The notes under the pieces are model-generated. The model was given only the letters and a program-made list of their open reading frames with translations. It ran no database searches and was not told the DNA's origin. A stretch of DNA of 64,000 bases from Clostridia bacterium (GTDB taxonomy: Bacteria; Bacillota; Clostridia; Oscillospirales; CAG-272), in NCBI GenBank assembly GCA_017461475.1, contig JAFTXX010000005.1, positions 29,918 through 93,917 on the forward strand. Reading direction: 5' to 3'. Below are positions 1 to 11,163 of this stretch, in pieces. Position 1 is the stretch's first letter; each line of letters starts with the position of its first letter. The translations under genes and the position numbers were made by a program.

Positions 1-1424
1 GTGTTGCAGAAGCGCTCTATATGCGGGTTCTGCCTGTCGCAGGCCAGGGTGTACTGTGTAAGGTCATTTGTTCCCACGCTGAAAAAGTCAACCATGGGAG
101 CAAGCTTGTCACTGATGATTGCAGCCGCAGGAGTTTCTATCATTACGCCCAATTCAAGGTTCGAATAAGGCAGTTTTTCGGCATCAAGCTCATTTTTTAC
201 CTCATCGCACAGGGCTAAAATCTCTTCAAGCTCACTTACACTTGTGACCATCGGGAACATAATGCCGAGGTTGCCGTAAACTGAAGCTCTGTACAGTGCG
301 CGTAGCTGTGTCTTAAAGATTTCGGGACGCTCAAGACACAAACGAATGGCGCGAAGTCCAAGCGCCGGGTTTTCCTCTTTTTCAAGGTGGAAATAGTCCG
401 CCTGCTTATCTGCGCCTATGTCCAGAGTACGGATAATAACCTTTTTGGTCGCCATACTCTCGAGAACCTTTTTGTAAACCCTAAACTGCTCTTCTTCTGT
501 AGGATAATCGGTCTTTTCCAAATAGAGAAACTCACTTCTGAAAAGTCCTATGCCGCCCGCATCATTGAGAAGTACGGCACCGATGTTATCCACGCTTCCG
601 ATGTTGGCAAAAATATTAATCTTTGTGCCGTCTAAGGTTACGTTTTCTTTTCCGGTAAGCTCCTGAAGCAGCATTCTTTTTTCAGTTTCTGCCTTCTGCT
701 TTTTCTGATACGCTGCCAAAGTTTCTTCGTCCGGATCAATAATAAACTCCCCGGTAAAGCCATCCGCAATTGCCATAGTGCCGTTTTTGATCTCATTTAA
801 AAAGTCCGCACCGAGGCCGATAATAGCAGGAATATTCATATTTCTGGCTAAGATGGCTGTATGAGAATTTGATGAACCGTGAGCTGTTGCAAAAGCCAAA
901 ATCTTTTCTTTGTCAAGCGACACGGTTTCGCTCGGAGCCAAATCATCAGCACAGATGATAACCTTTTCATCCGACAAGGTATTTGTGCTGTGCCCGTCAG
1001 TAAGGCAGGCGATAATGCGATTGGATATATCCTCCACATCGGCGGCTCTTGCCTGCATATAGCTGTCATCCATTGAGGAGAACATTTCCGAAAAATTCTT
1101 TGCTGTCGCCGCCACTGCATACTCGGCATTGACATTTTGCGTGCGGATCATTCCGAAAATTGCATCATTATAATCTTCGTCATCCACCATCATCATGTGT
1201 ATTTCAAAGATCTGCGCATTTGCCTCGCCAACCTCTTTAAGCGCCTTCTCGTGAATACTTCCAAGCTGCTCAAGCGCAATAGCTTTTGCGGACTCAAATC
1301 TTTGTATCTCTGCTTCCGCATCTTCAATCTTAATACGTTTTACACGAATACCCTGCCGCTCATAAACGGAGATCTTACCAACGGCGATTGCACCGTAAAC
1401 GCCTTTTCCGGTGAACTTCATCAT
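1..1424 (-). CDS. ptsI: PTS enzyme I (phosphoenolpyruvate-protein phosphotransferase); C-terminal part cut by the window edge
   Basis: Absent from the ORF track because it is open at the window edge. My minus-strand translation from the ATG at 1424 reads [21 protein letters not shown]...[23 protein letters not shown]...[12 protein letters not shown]...VMIETPAAA...[12 protein letters not shown]. This includes the EI active-site His loop and PEP-utilising barrel motifs. GAGGG RBS upstream; lies 13 nt after ptsH. Confidence 0.9.
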   Translation of the reverse strand, partial: MMKFTGKGVYGAIAVGKISVYERQGIRVKRIKIEDAEAEIQRFESAKAIALEQLGSIHEKALKEVGEANAQIFEIHMMMVDDEDYNDAIFGMIRTQNVNAEYAVAATAKNFSEMFSSMDDSYMQARAADVEDISNRIIACLTDGHSTNTLSDEKVIICADDLAPSETVSLDKEKILAFATAHGSSNSHTAILARNMNIPAIIGLGADFLNEIKNGTMAIADGFTGEFIIDPDEETLAAYQKKQKAETEKRMLLQELTGKENVTLDGTKINIFANIGSVDNIGAVLLNDAGGIGLFRSEFLYLEKTDYPTEEEQFRVYKKVLESMATKKVIIRTLDIGADKQADYFHLEKEENPALGLRAIRLCLERPEIFKTQLRALYRASVYGNLGIMFPMVTSVSELEEILALCDEVKNELDAEKLPYSNLELGVMIETPAAAIISDKLAPMVDFFSVGTNDLTQYTLACDRQNPHIERFCN

Positions 1425-1437
1425 AGCGGAGCCCTCA

Positions 1438-1695
1438 TTAAAGGTTGGATTCAAGGAAAGTCTTAACTGCTGCCGCTGCTGCGTCCTCGTCATTGCCGTT
1501 AACTGTAACGGTGACAGTGTCTCCACACTTTACGCCAAGACCCATAAGAGCCAGAAGTCTTGTACAAGAAACAGTATTTTCACCCTTGGTGATAGTAATC
1601 TGGCTTTCATATTTTTGAGCGGTCTTTGCAAGCAGTCCTGCAGGTCTTGCGTGGATTCCCACTTCGTCTTTTATGGTATAGTCAAATGTTTTCAT
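1438..1695 (-). CDS. ptsH: Phosphocarrier protein HPr
   Basis: 85 aa with a GIHARPAG His15 phosphorylation loop. Sits between ptsG-like and ptsI. RBS AAAGGGGA. Confidence 0.9.
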   Translation of the reverse strand: MKTFDYTIKDEVGIHARPAGLLAKTAQKYESQITITKGENTVSCTRLLALMGLGVKCGDTVTVTVNGNDEDAAAAAVKTFLESNL

Positions 1696-1713
1696 TATAT
1701 TGTCCCCTTTTCA

Positions 1714-3864
<2,151 letters not shown>

Positions 3865-3930
3865 TTATTTTTCGGCACATTTACGGTCTTACAGCCGGTA
3901 CCTGCCGTACAGCCGTATCTGTTCCGTTTG

Positions 3931-4767
3931 TTACTTTGTTATTCTTTTCAGATGAACGGTAAGGGTTACAAGTTCATCATTATTGATGGTTTTTTTATAG
4001 GTTTCCTGAATATATTTCTGTATGCACAAAGCACATTTATACTGAGAAACACATGTTTTCTTTATCATGGTAACAAAAGTATCATCGTCACCAAAGGCAT
4101 TCGGAAGCGGCTTATTAAGAAACAGTCTTTGCGCAAGATGTTTTAAATGTGAAGCAAACCGCTCAAACTCCACGCTGCTTCTGTCAAACTTTTCTTTATA
4201 ATAATACTCCGCGATTTCGATACAACCGTTTATCAATTTTGTAATTCGGTAGATATCGTCCATCTTTGTATTCAAACTTGCATTGATAATATGCATTGCG
4301 ATGAAGCCGGCTTCATCTACACCAAGTTCAATACCGAGGCGCTCGCGCATTTGTTCCACGCAATACTCTCCTAGCGCAAGTTCCTTCGGATATGACTCAC
4401 GGATAGAATCGATAAGCGGATTTGTGAATTCCATACCGTTTTTCTTTCTCTCTATAGTGAAAGCAATATGATCGCTGAGCGTAACAAGTAAGGATTCGTT
4501 GAGCTTTGAAGAATACTCCTTTTTAATGTGCTCTACAATATCATTGGCAAAAACCATGTATTCAAACGGAATTTCTTTAAGCATGGTGATCATTTTTTTC
4601 TGAAGTTCCGAATCCGTAATCAAATATGTTTTCTGTATTTGCGAAATATCGACAGTATCACCGTATTTTTTCCCAAAGCCTATTCCCTTACCTGAAACAA
4701 TCTGTTCCCTGCCTTGGTCGTCAATTACACATAGATTATTATTGTTAATGGCTTTAATAACTTTCAT
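3931..4767 (-). CDS. glcT: BglG/LicT/GlcT-family PRD-containing transcription antiterminator
   Basis: N-terminal CAT RNA-binding domain (MKVIKAINNNNLCVIDDQGREQIVSGKGIGFGKK) followed by two PRD-like regions. I chose the ATG at 4767 (GGAGAA RBS), not the track start at 4800, because the upstream extension would run into the leader terminator U-tract. Confidence 0.85.
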   Translation of the reverse strand: MKVIKAINNNNLCVIDDQGREQIVSGKGIGFGKKYGDTVDISQIQKTYLITDSELQKKMITMLKEIPFEYMVFANDIVEHIKKEYSSKLNESLLVTLSDHIAFTIERKKNGMEFTNPLIDSIRESYPKELALGEYCVEQMRERLGIELGVDEAGFIAMHIINASLNTKMDDIYRITKLINGCIEIAEYYYKEKFDRSSVEFERFASHLKHLAQRLFLNKPLPNAFGDDDTFVTMIKKTCVSQYKCALCIQKYIQETYKKTINNDELVTLTVHLKRITK

Positions 4768-4784
4768 AACTTTCTCCGTTTTTG

Positions 4785-4842
4785 AAAATAAAAAAGCCAA
4801 CCTTATACACGAAACAATACAAAAAATCGCGTAAAAAGTTGG
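4785..4842 (-). terminator. Leader intrinsic terminator upstream of glcT, overlapping the 3' side of the RAT
   Basis: mRNA CCAACUUUUUACGCGA-(14-nt loop)-UCGUGUAUAAGGUUGG followed by CUUUUUUAUUUU. About 15 bp stem with one mismatch. Its 5' arm shares CCAA with the RAT basal stem. Confidence 0.6.
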
Positions 4843-4867
4843 TTATGCCCTTGCGGTAACACTCCAA
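4838..4867 (-). promoter_or_regulatory. RAT-like (ribonucleic antiterminator) element
   Basis: mRNA UUGGAGUGUUACCGCAAGGGCAUAACCAA. It resembles Bacillus RATs (GGAUUGUUACUG...CAGGCAAAACC), with UGUUAC and GGCA..AACC conserved. The apical stem is shortened to CC-GCAA-GG. The basal stem UUGG/CCAA is mutually exclusive with the terminator. Confidence 0.55.
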
Positions 4868-4899
4868 TAAATGTCATCAAAATATTCTTTTTCATTCAC

Positions 4900-4928
4900 A
4901 ATATATCATATATCAGCACAATAGTCAA
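4900..4928 (-). promoter_or_regulatory. Sigma-A type promoter of the glcT-ptsGHI operon
   Basis: TTGACT - 17 nt - TATATT on the minus strand, about 35 nt upstream of the RAT. Confidence 0.55.
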
Positions 4929-5110
4929 TACCTTTTTATCAACTTTAACGATTTTTATGCATCATGCTCAAAAAGAAAAGCCGTGAATATTAATATTGTA
5001 CAAACAAAATTCATCAACACAAAGGTAACTGCCGATACAGCCAATGTCATTAAATATTAATGAGACTTCTATAATTGTTTAAATTTGTTAATGCAAAACG
5101 CAGTGCAAAT

Positions 5111-5137
5111 ACCCGCATGAGAGTTACTCATGCGGGT
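5111..5137 (-). terminator. Hairpin downstream of the GRE activase gene; possible weak terminator
   Basis: ACCCGCATGAG-AGTTA-CTCATGCGGGT, an 11-bp perfect stem. On the minus strand it is followed only by AUUUGCACUGCGUUUU, a poor U-tract. Confidence 0.4.
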
Positions 5138-5146
5138 CTTTACTTT

Positions 5147-6079
5147 CTATAACATTTTGATTGCTTTTGCAGGAACCGAATTCACAAGAAGCGGCAAAAA
5201 ATCATTCTTTATGCGTTCTTTAAAAGTCTTCGCGTCAAAATTTTCGGGGGTAAAGATGTTTTGTTTACCGATGTCATTTGCTTTTGGTACACCTGTGGTA
5301 TGATAGGGCTCGATATGCACCTCAAGCAGATTTTGCAAAGAATTTGCAAGCTTTGCAATATAGGCAAAATGCTCGGCGTTATCGTTGACCTGTGGAATTA
5401 TTGGACAGCGGAGAATTATTTTTGCACCGCTCTTGTCAAGCTGCTTTAAGTTTTCGTGCAGTTTTGTGCCGTCGTTGCCTGTAAACGCTTTATGATTTTC
5501 TCCGGGTATCATCTTGCAGTCGTACAAAAAGATGTCCGTGTATTCTTTCGCGGCGAGCAGATCTTCAATCCGTGCAGCACCCGATGTTTCGATGCAAGTG
5601 TGAAGTCCCTCATTCTTTGCTGCTTTCAAGAGTTCAAGCAAAAATTTGCTTTGCGAAAACGGCTCGCCGCCGCTCACAGTCATTCCGCCGCCGTTTTTAT
5701 AAAACTCGACGTCGCGCATTACGGCAGCGATGACCTCGCCGACACTCTTTTCCTCGCCCGTAACTTCAAGCGCATCTGTGGGGCAAACATCGGTGCAGGC
5801 AAAGCAACCTTTGCATTTTGCGCGGTCAAAAAGATGCCTGCCGTCATTTATCGCATGGGCATTATATTGGCAAACAGTTGTACACGCTCCGCAGCCGATG
5901 CAAGTACCCGCATGGTAAAAGAGTTCGGATGTGCCATTCCATGACTCGGGGTTATGACACCACGCGCAACGGAGAGGGCAACCCTTTAAAAATACCGTTG
6001 TTCGGATGCCCGGACCGTCATGCAGGCAAAAGCGCTGGATGTCAAACACTCTGCCATTCATATCAGATACTGTGCTCAT
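5147..6079 (-). CDS. Glycyl-radical enzyme activating protein (radical SAM)
   Basis: 310 aa. Contains FCLHDGPGIRT, a CPLRCAWCHN radical-SAM cluster, and two ferredoxin-type motifs (CIGCGACTTVC, CKGCFACTDVCP). Its start overlaps the GRE stop by 17 nt. Confidence 0.9.
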   Translation of the reverse strand: MSTVSDMNGRVFDIQRFCLHDGPGIRTTVFLKGCPLRCAWCHNPESWNGTSELFYHAGTCIGCGACTTVCQYNAHAINDGRHLFDRAKCKGCFACTDVCPTDALEVTGEEKSVGEVIAAVMRDVEFYKNGGGMTVSGGEPFSQSKFLLELLKAAKNEGLHTCIETSGAARIEDLLAAKEYTDIFLYDCKMIPGENHKAFTGNDGTKLHENLKQLDKSGAKIILRCPIIPQVNDNAEHFAYIAKLANSLQNLLEVHIEPYHTTGVPKANDIGKQNIFTPENFDAKTFKERIKNDFLPLLVNSVPAKAIKML

Positions 6080-8189
6080 TGCGGTCTATTATCTCCTGCT
6101 GCATCTCGGGCGAAAGCTTTGTAAAATACGCGGAAAATCCGCCGACGCGCACAAGCAGGTCACTGTGATTTTCGGGGTGCTCGCGTGCGTCAAGCAGAGT
6201 TTCTCTGTCAACGGCATTGAGCTGCAACTGAAAACCACCAAGACGCATAAATGTGCGCACAAATTCAAGCATTTTGTCCTCTGATTCTCCCTGCATACAG
6301 CTCGGTGTAAACTTCATATTAACGGCGATGCCGCCGATAAAATTGCGGTGGTCCCACGAAAGAGTAGAAAGCATTGCCGCGGTGGGACCGTTGGTTTCGC
6401 GTCCTTGCACGGGACTTGAACCCGACGAAAGCGGATAACCCGCGTGGCGTCCGTCGGGCGTTGCACCCGTGCGCTTGCCGAAACGCGCATGCTCATAATA
6501 TGAAAACGCACCGGGAACAAGCGTAGAGCCGCGATATGTATAAAGTCCCTTGCACCCCGAGAGAATACTGTCGGCAAGGCGCTTTGCAAGCGAATTTGTA
6601 AAGTCGTCATCGGTGCCGTAGTGCGGCAGTTTATGGATAATGCGCTGTCTGAGCGCCTCGTTGTCCTCATAATCCTTTGCGAGGATGTCCGAAAGTGCTT
6701 CTACCGTATAATCTTCGCTCTCAAATACGAGGGCATTTATCACGGCGAGCGAATCTACCGCGTTTGAAAATCCAAGGAAGTTAGGTTCGACAAAGTTATA
6801 GACCGCGCCGCCTGCGTCAACCGCCTTGCCGCGCGACAGACAATCGTCGGTGAGACACGAAACTCTCGCACACTCATGTCCGTTGCGGGCACGTTCCATC
6901 TGCGCGCGATTCATATCGATGTTACGGCGTGCAATTTCATTGTGCAAAACACCCTCAAAAACTCTGTAAAAGTCGTCAAAAGACTTTGCGTCCCTTCCCT
7001 TTTCCATTGCAGTAAGGAGCATTGCGGCGAGATTGTGATAAGGCGAAACAACGTGTATGCCGGATTTGCCGACGGGAGTTATCTCAACACAGCCTGTGTT
7101 GCAATAGTTGTGTGCGTCGCTGTGCGGCATGCCTGCGCGCATAAGCCCTTCTACAATGATACGGTCGTTGAACAGAGCAGGTTGAGCACATCCGATGGCG
7201 TTCAGGCGAATAGCCTTTTTTAAGAGTTCATCGCTCATATCATCGGTGACAGCAAGGCTGACTTTACCGTTTGCACTGCGTGCGTATTCGATAGCTTCAA
7301 TGGCGATGTGTGTGACCTCGTTTTCGACAGTTTTGCCGTCCTCTGTCGTGCCGCCCACCATTGCGTCAAGCGCAATGCTCGGGGAGATATACGCCTCGGG
7401 CAAAAGCAAGAAGCAGGCGTAAAGTTCTACTGCGTCCTCATGCGTGAGTCTGCCTGCGGCTACATCGGCGTTGTAAAGGTCAATAAGATAGCGGTCAACT
7501 CTGCCGAAGTAGTAGAGGTTCCACATTGTAGAATTGTAAAAATGAATAGCCTCGAGTCCCTCGCGGAAGGTGCGGGGCGGCTCGGCGGGAACGCGGTCCA
7601 TCATCTCGGCAATGTCCAGCAGTTCCTTTTTTCTTGTTCCTTCTGTGCTCTCCGCAAGGCTTCTCGCCTTTTCGGCGTAGCGGCGCTGAAGTCGGACAAG
7701 CGCTTCAAGTTCAACCTTGCAGCACTCGTAAAACTCGCATTTATCGATGTTCTCGGGCAGATTAAGGTCAAGCGCCGCCATACGGCAATTGACCTCGTCG
7801 AGGAGACCGTTTACACCGATGCGAACAAGTTTGGCATAGTCGAGCGCCATATGACCCGAGGTGATGTGCGATCCCTGCGGTGAAAACTTCATCCCCTGCT
7901 CTAAGGTGTCGTATTCCTTTTGCTCCTCTTCGGTAAGCGGAGAAAGGTCAGGAAGACCTACTATAAGTTCGCCGTCATTGATGACGGGCTCCATATTGTC
8001 AAGCAAATACGCATCGGCATGAGCGCGGCGCAGGCGGTAGGAATAGAGATTTCCGTTTTTCGACAGTGCGCGCATAAAGTTCAGCCGCTGTCGGCGCTGA
8101 CGGTTATAAAATATATTTTCTGTGAAAATGGGGGTCGTCTTATAAAAAGCGCGGAGAGAATTTATTCTGTCGATTGCAGACTGTTTCAT
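6063..8189 (-). CDS. Glycyl radical enzyme, PFL-like fold, eliminase/dehydratase-type active site; substrate unknown
   Basis: 708 aa. C-terminal glycyl-radical motif LLVRVGGFSAYF (Gly684), thiyl loop NTGCVEITPVG (Cys367-x-Glu369), and GATPDGR and GGFQLQLN signatures. Confidence 0.85.
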   Translation of the reverse strand: MKQSAIDRINSLRAFYKTTPIFTENIFYNRQRRQRLNFMRALSKNGNLYSYRLRRAHADAYLLDNMEPVINDGELIVGLPDLSPLTEEEQKEYDTLEQGMKFSPQGSHITSGHMALDYAKLVRIGVNGLLDEVNCRMAALDLNLPENIDKCEFYECCKVELEALVRLQRRYAEKARSLAESTEGTRKKELLDIAEMMDRVPAEPPRTFREGLEAIHFYNSTMWNLYYFGRVDRYLIDLYNADVAAGRLTHEDAVELYACFLLLPEAYISPSIALDAMVGGTTEDGKTVENEVTHIAIEAIEYARSANGKVSLAVTDDMSDELLKKAIRLNAIGCAQPALFNDRIIVEGLMRAGMPHSDAHNYCNTGCVEITPVGKSGIHVVSPYHNLAAMLLTAMEKGRDAKSFDDFYRVFEGVLHNEIARRNIDMNRAQMERARNGHECARVSCLTDDCLSRGKAVDAGGAVYNFVEPNFLGFSNAVDSLAVINALVFESEDYTVEALSDILAKDYEDNEALRQRIIHKLPHYGTDDDFTNSLAKRLADSILSGCKGLYTYRGSTLVPGAFSYYEHARFGKRTGATPDGRHAGYPLSSGSSPVQGRETNGPTAAMLSTLSWDHRNFIGGIAVNMKFTPSCMQGESEDKMLEFVRTFMRLGGFQLQLNAVDRETLLDAREHPENHSDLLVRVGGFSAYFTKLSPEMQQEIIDRNEHSI

Positions 8190-8190
8190 T

Positions 8191-8925
8191 TTAATAATTC
8201 AATCCTCCGTTTATGTATATCGGCATACCCGCGATGCGGTTGCTCTTATCGGATGCAAGAAATGCCGCAAGGTCGGCAATTTCATCTGGGTGCGCCATTC
8301 TGCAAAAGGCGCTGTTGTACTCGTCCGACTTGCCCTCTTCCCAGCGCATCATCTCGGTTGTTACAGGACCGGGAGCGATATTCTGCAGAACTATTCCGCG
8401 CTTAAAGAGTGCCTTGGCAAGTCCTAGACACATACCGCGCACGCTCCATTTTGAGATGCCGTAAGGTGATATGTGCGGCTGATGTCCGCATTCCGAGCCG
8501 ATAACGATTATCTTGCCCTTGAAATCGCCTTCGTTGTTTTCGAGATAGTAATTTGCCGCCGACTGACAGCAGAAGTACGCGCCCTTGACATTGACAGAGA
8601 ATATCCTGTCCCATTCTTCCTCGCGCACCTGTAAAAACTTTTCGCGGTCAATAACGCCCGCGTTGTTAACAACTACATTGAGACCGCCCATGTACTTTGC
8701 GGCTTGTTTCATTACCTCGGGACCTTTTGCTACATCGGAAACATCCCACTCAATCGCATGGGCATTTGCACCGAGGGCTTTAAGTTTGTCCAAAACGGGC
8801 AAAAGCGTTTGCATATTCCGCCCCGTGATAACGAGGTCTGCCTCCTCTTTTGCATAGCAAATTGCAATAGCCTCGCCGATACCGCGGCTGGCACCTACAA
8901 TAAGGATTTTTTTGCCTTTAAGCAT
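8191..8925 (-). CDS. Short-chain dehydrogenase/reductase (SDR)
   Basis: VGASRGIGEAIA cofactor loop, NNAGV, and a catalytic Ser...YGISK triad. I chose the ATG at 8925 (GGAGG RBS) over the track start at 8982. Its stop lies 1 nt before the GRE start. Confidence 0.85.
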   Translation of the reverse strand: MLKGKKILIVGASRGIGEAIAICYAKEEADLVITGRNMQTLLPVLDKLKALGANAHAIEWDVSDVAKGPEVMKQAAKYMGGLNVVVNNAGVIDREKFLQVREEEWDRIFSVNVKGAYFCCQSAANYYLENNEGDFKGKIIVIGSECGHQPHISPYGISKWSVRGMCLGLAKALFKRGIVLQNIAPGPVTTEMMRWEEGKSDEYNSAFCRMAHPDEIADLAAFLASDKSNRIAGMPIYINGGLNY

Positions 8926-8959
8926 CTCAAAAACCTCCGAAAGTATGACATTCACATTC

Positions 8960-8988
8960 ATTATACTTAGAAAATCATACATCGTAAA
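8960..8988 (-). promoter_or_regulatory. Candidate promoter of the SDR-GRE-activase operon
   Basis: TTTACG - 17 nt - TATAAT on the minus strand, about 35 nt upstream of the SDR RBS. Confidence 0.35.
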
Positions 8989-9042
8989 TGCATTTTTCGG
9001 CTATGTTTGTAAAAATCGGAACAAAACAGCTTACGTCCAAAT

Positions 9043-9072
9043 AAAAAACCGACGGCGAGCCGTCGGTTTTTT
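9043..9072 (-). terminator. Intrinsic terminator after the DUF378 gene (bidirectional architecture)
   Basis: AAAAAA-CCGACGGC-GA-GCCGTCGG-TTTTTT immediately after the stop at 9075. Confidence 0.8.
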
Positions 9073-9074
9073 AT

Positions 9075-9284
9075 TTATTCATGCGATTCTACTTCGCGGG
9101 GGCGCATAAGAAGAGAGATACACCATATGCCTGCAAGGGCAACAGCGGTGTAAATCACTCTGCTGACTATTGCTGCCTGACCGCCGCAAAGCCATGCGAC
9201 AAGGTCAAAGCTGAAAAGTCCTATGGCACCCCAATTAAGCGCTCCGATGATAACAAGGAGCAATGCTATTCTGTCCATTATCAT
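9075..9284 (-). CDS. DUF378 family small membrane protein
   Basis: 69 aa, two TM helices, with the motif IIGALNWGAIGLFSFDLVAWLCGG typical of DUF378. Confidence 0.7.
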   Translation of the reverse strand: MIMDRIALLLVIIGALNWGAIGLFSFDLVAWLCGGQAAIVSRVIYTAVALAGIWCISLLMRPREVESHE

Positions 9285-9355
9285 TTTACAATCCTCTTTT
9301 CATAATATTGCCGCAATTGCAGTATACCCAACTCAGAGGAAATTTATTTAATTTT

Positions 9356-10900
9356 TTATTTAAATTCAAGCATAAGCGAGCGCACGCCCGAAAGTGCTTC
9401 GGGACGGGTGTAATCGCTCTCGGAAATTTCAAGCGCATTTACTTTGGCAAGAGACTCGGGATTGACATGATATTTTTTTGCGAGGTTCCAAAGACTTTCA
9501 CCGTTTGGATATATAAGACAAAGCGGGTACGTGCTCTTTTTATACTGCTCTTTAGATGTGCAGTCTACGGACGCGAGGATGCGTTCTTCCTTTTCCTGCG
9601 TCGCGCGGACAGAAAGTGCGATATCCATGTCGCAAACGAGGTTGTCGTCTTCAACGCGTACGCGCGGATTTATGAGAGTTGCGCATGCGGTTACCGCCGT
9701 ATCGGCGGATGTGTCACAATCGAGAGCAATGCTGAACGGAACTGTATAATCGGCGGATGTAACGCCGCCGTCAGTGCCGATGATTGATGAAAGCTCACAT
9801 CTGCCGGAGACGGTTATTTTCCCCGCAGAAGCTGCGGACTCCTCTATTACTGCTTTGCCAGATGTGTCAATAACAGAAGTCGCTTCTGCCGCGCCCGCAT
9901 TGGCTTTTGCCACACTTGCGCCGACGGTGTATACACCGCTGCGCGACAGTGCAAGGCGTGATGATTTTACGGTGCGGTGAGAGCAACTTGCACTGACATC
10001 GCACGAAAAAGCATCTTTCATCACCGAAACTGCTGTCGGCGTGTCGGCAGTGACTTCAACCGATATCACTGAATCTACTGTCACTTCCCTGTCGCTTTCC
10101 TTTGCCGCCTCGGTGGAAATGACATGCGCTACTGCGCACACGGCGCTTGCACGCGTCACATCACCATCGAGAAATTCGTCAAAAGGAATTTTCTTTGTGT
10201 ACATTCTCGGTGTTCCGTTTTCGTCTACAAGCACCTTGGCAAGCACTTCCCCACGTACGGTTACGCCGCCGTCGGTGGCACGTGCGTCAGTGACTGCAGC
10301 GGCTGAACCGCACCACAAAAGGCGCGAACCGTCGGCACCGCTTGTCTCAACGCGGTCAGAAATCTGTATATCTGACGAATTTAGTATCTGTGTTTTCAAA
10401 GTATCTGCTACGCCGTAGAGTTTGCTTACGTTTAAAGCGTCAACAGGGGTTATGTCGGCAGATACATCCTCTGCCGCAAAGCAATGTGATTTTATACCGA
10501 GGCGGGTGCGGATATTTAATTTGCGCGGTGCGGTAATGCGGTATGTGAGCCCGTCAACCTCGACTGAGGAAGTGACGGTTGGCGTGGGCGTGCCGCTTAC
10601 GGGCAGTGAAAACTCATACTTTGACGGGAGCACCGTTGCGCCAGTTTCGCCGTCCTCGCCGAGGTAAATAAGCGTGTGCAGAACGTTTCCCGACATCTGC
10701 ACGCTGTTTCCGCCCACATAGCGTGACGGCGGCAGTGCGCGCGCTTCAAGGCGAAGCACCTTTTGAATCTTCGGCATGTAGTCGGGCAGTACAAATTCCC
10801 CGCCGCTTTCTATAAGTTGGCTTTGCATCTGCGTCTCGCTCTGCAAAGCGGACGCGCGGTCAATTACAAATTCTTTTTTATCTTGGCTCTCTCTGTTCAT
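9356..10900 (-). CDS. DUF3794 repeat / C-terminal LysM protein, SipL/SpoVID-like spore morphogenesis candidate
   Basis: DUF3794-like EFVLPDYMPKIQKVLRLEA near the N-terminus and a C-terminal LysM (LCLIYPNGESLWNLAKKYHVNPESLAKVNAL). I chose the ATG at 10900 (AAAGGAGAA RBS); the track extension to 10999 would cover a terminator hairpin. Confidence 0.6.
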   Translation of the reverse strand: MNRESQDKKEFVIDRASALQSETQMQSQLIESGGEFVLPDYMPKIQKVLRLEARALPPSRYVGGNSVQMSGNVLHTLIYLGEDGETGATVLPSKYEFSLPVSGTPTPTVTSSVEVDGLTYRITAPRKLNIRTRLGIKSHCFAAEDVSADITPVDALNVSKLYGVADTLKTQILNSSDIQISDRVETSGADGSRLLWCGSAAAVTDARATDGGVTVRGEVLAKVLVDENGTPRMYTKKIPFDEFLDGDVTRASAVCAVAHVISTEAAKESDREVTVDSVISVEVTADTPTAVSVMKDAFSCDVSASCSHRTVKSSRLALSRSGVYTVGASVAKANAGAAEATSVIDTSGKAVIEESAASAGKITVSGRCELSSIIGTDGGVTSADYTVPFSIALDCDTSADTAVTACATLINPRVRVEDDNLVCDMDIALSVRATQEKEERILASVDCTSKEQYKKSTYPLCLIYPNGESLWNLAKKYHVNPESLAKVNALEISESDYTRPEALSGVRSLMLEFK

Positions 10901-10937
10901 AGTATTCTCCTTTAAACGGTTTTTGATAAATACTATG

Positions 10938-10970
10938 AAAAAAGAAGGCAAACTATGACGGTTTGCCTTC
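10938..10970 (-). terminator. Intrinsic terminator in the regulator/SipL-like spacer
   Basis: Minus strand reads GAAGGCAAAC-CGTCATA-GTTTGCCTTC followed by UUUUUU. Confidence 0.7.
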
Positions 10971-11163
10971 TTCAGTGTGTCGAAAAACTTTCGGCACACA
11001 ACAATATAATAAAATTGTTTTTGGGGCGGACATGTGCCGACCCAAAAACTCCTTAAAAACCGCGCGCGGTGAGCACGGCGAGAGCGAACGGTTTTGCCCC
11101 AGTCGAAAAAATCTTATTTTTTCGACTGACTCAATGAAGACAAACTATGACGGGGATTTGTCT

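Noticed and set aside
10901-10999. N-terminal extension of the DUF3794/LysM ORF in the track. Similar 5' extensions occur at 4768-4800, 8926-8982, 40140-40184, 42415-42477 and 51893-51907.
   Set aside because: In each case an internal ATG with a good Shine-Dalgarno sequence gives a sensible N-terminus, often a signal peptide. The extensions overlap terminators or neighbouring genes, or use GTG/TTG codons without an RBS.
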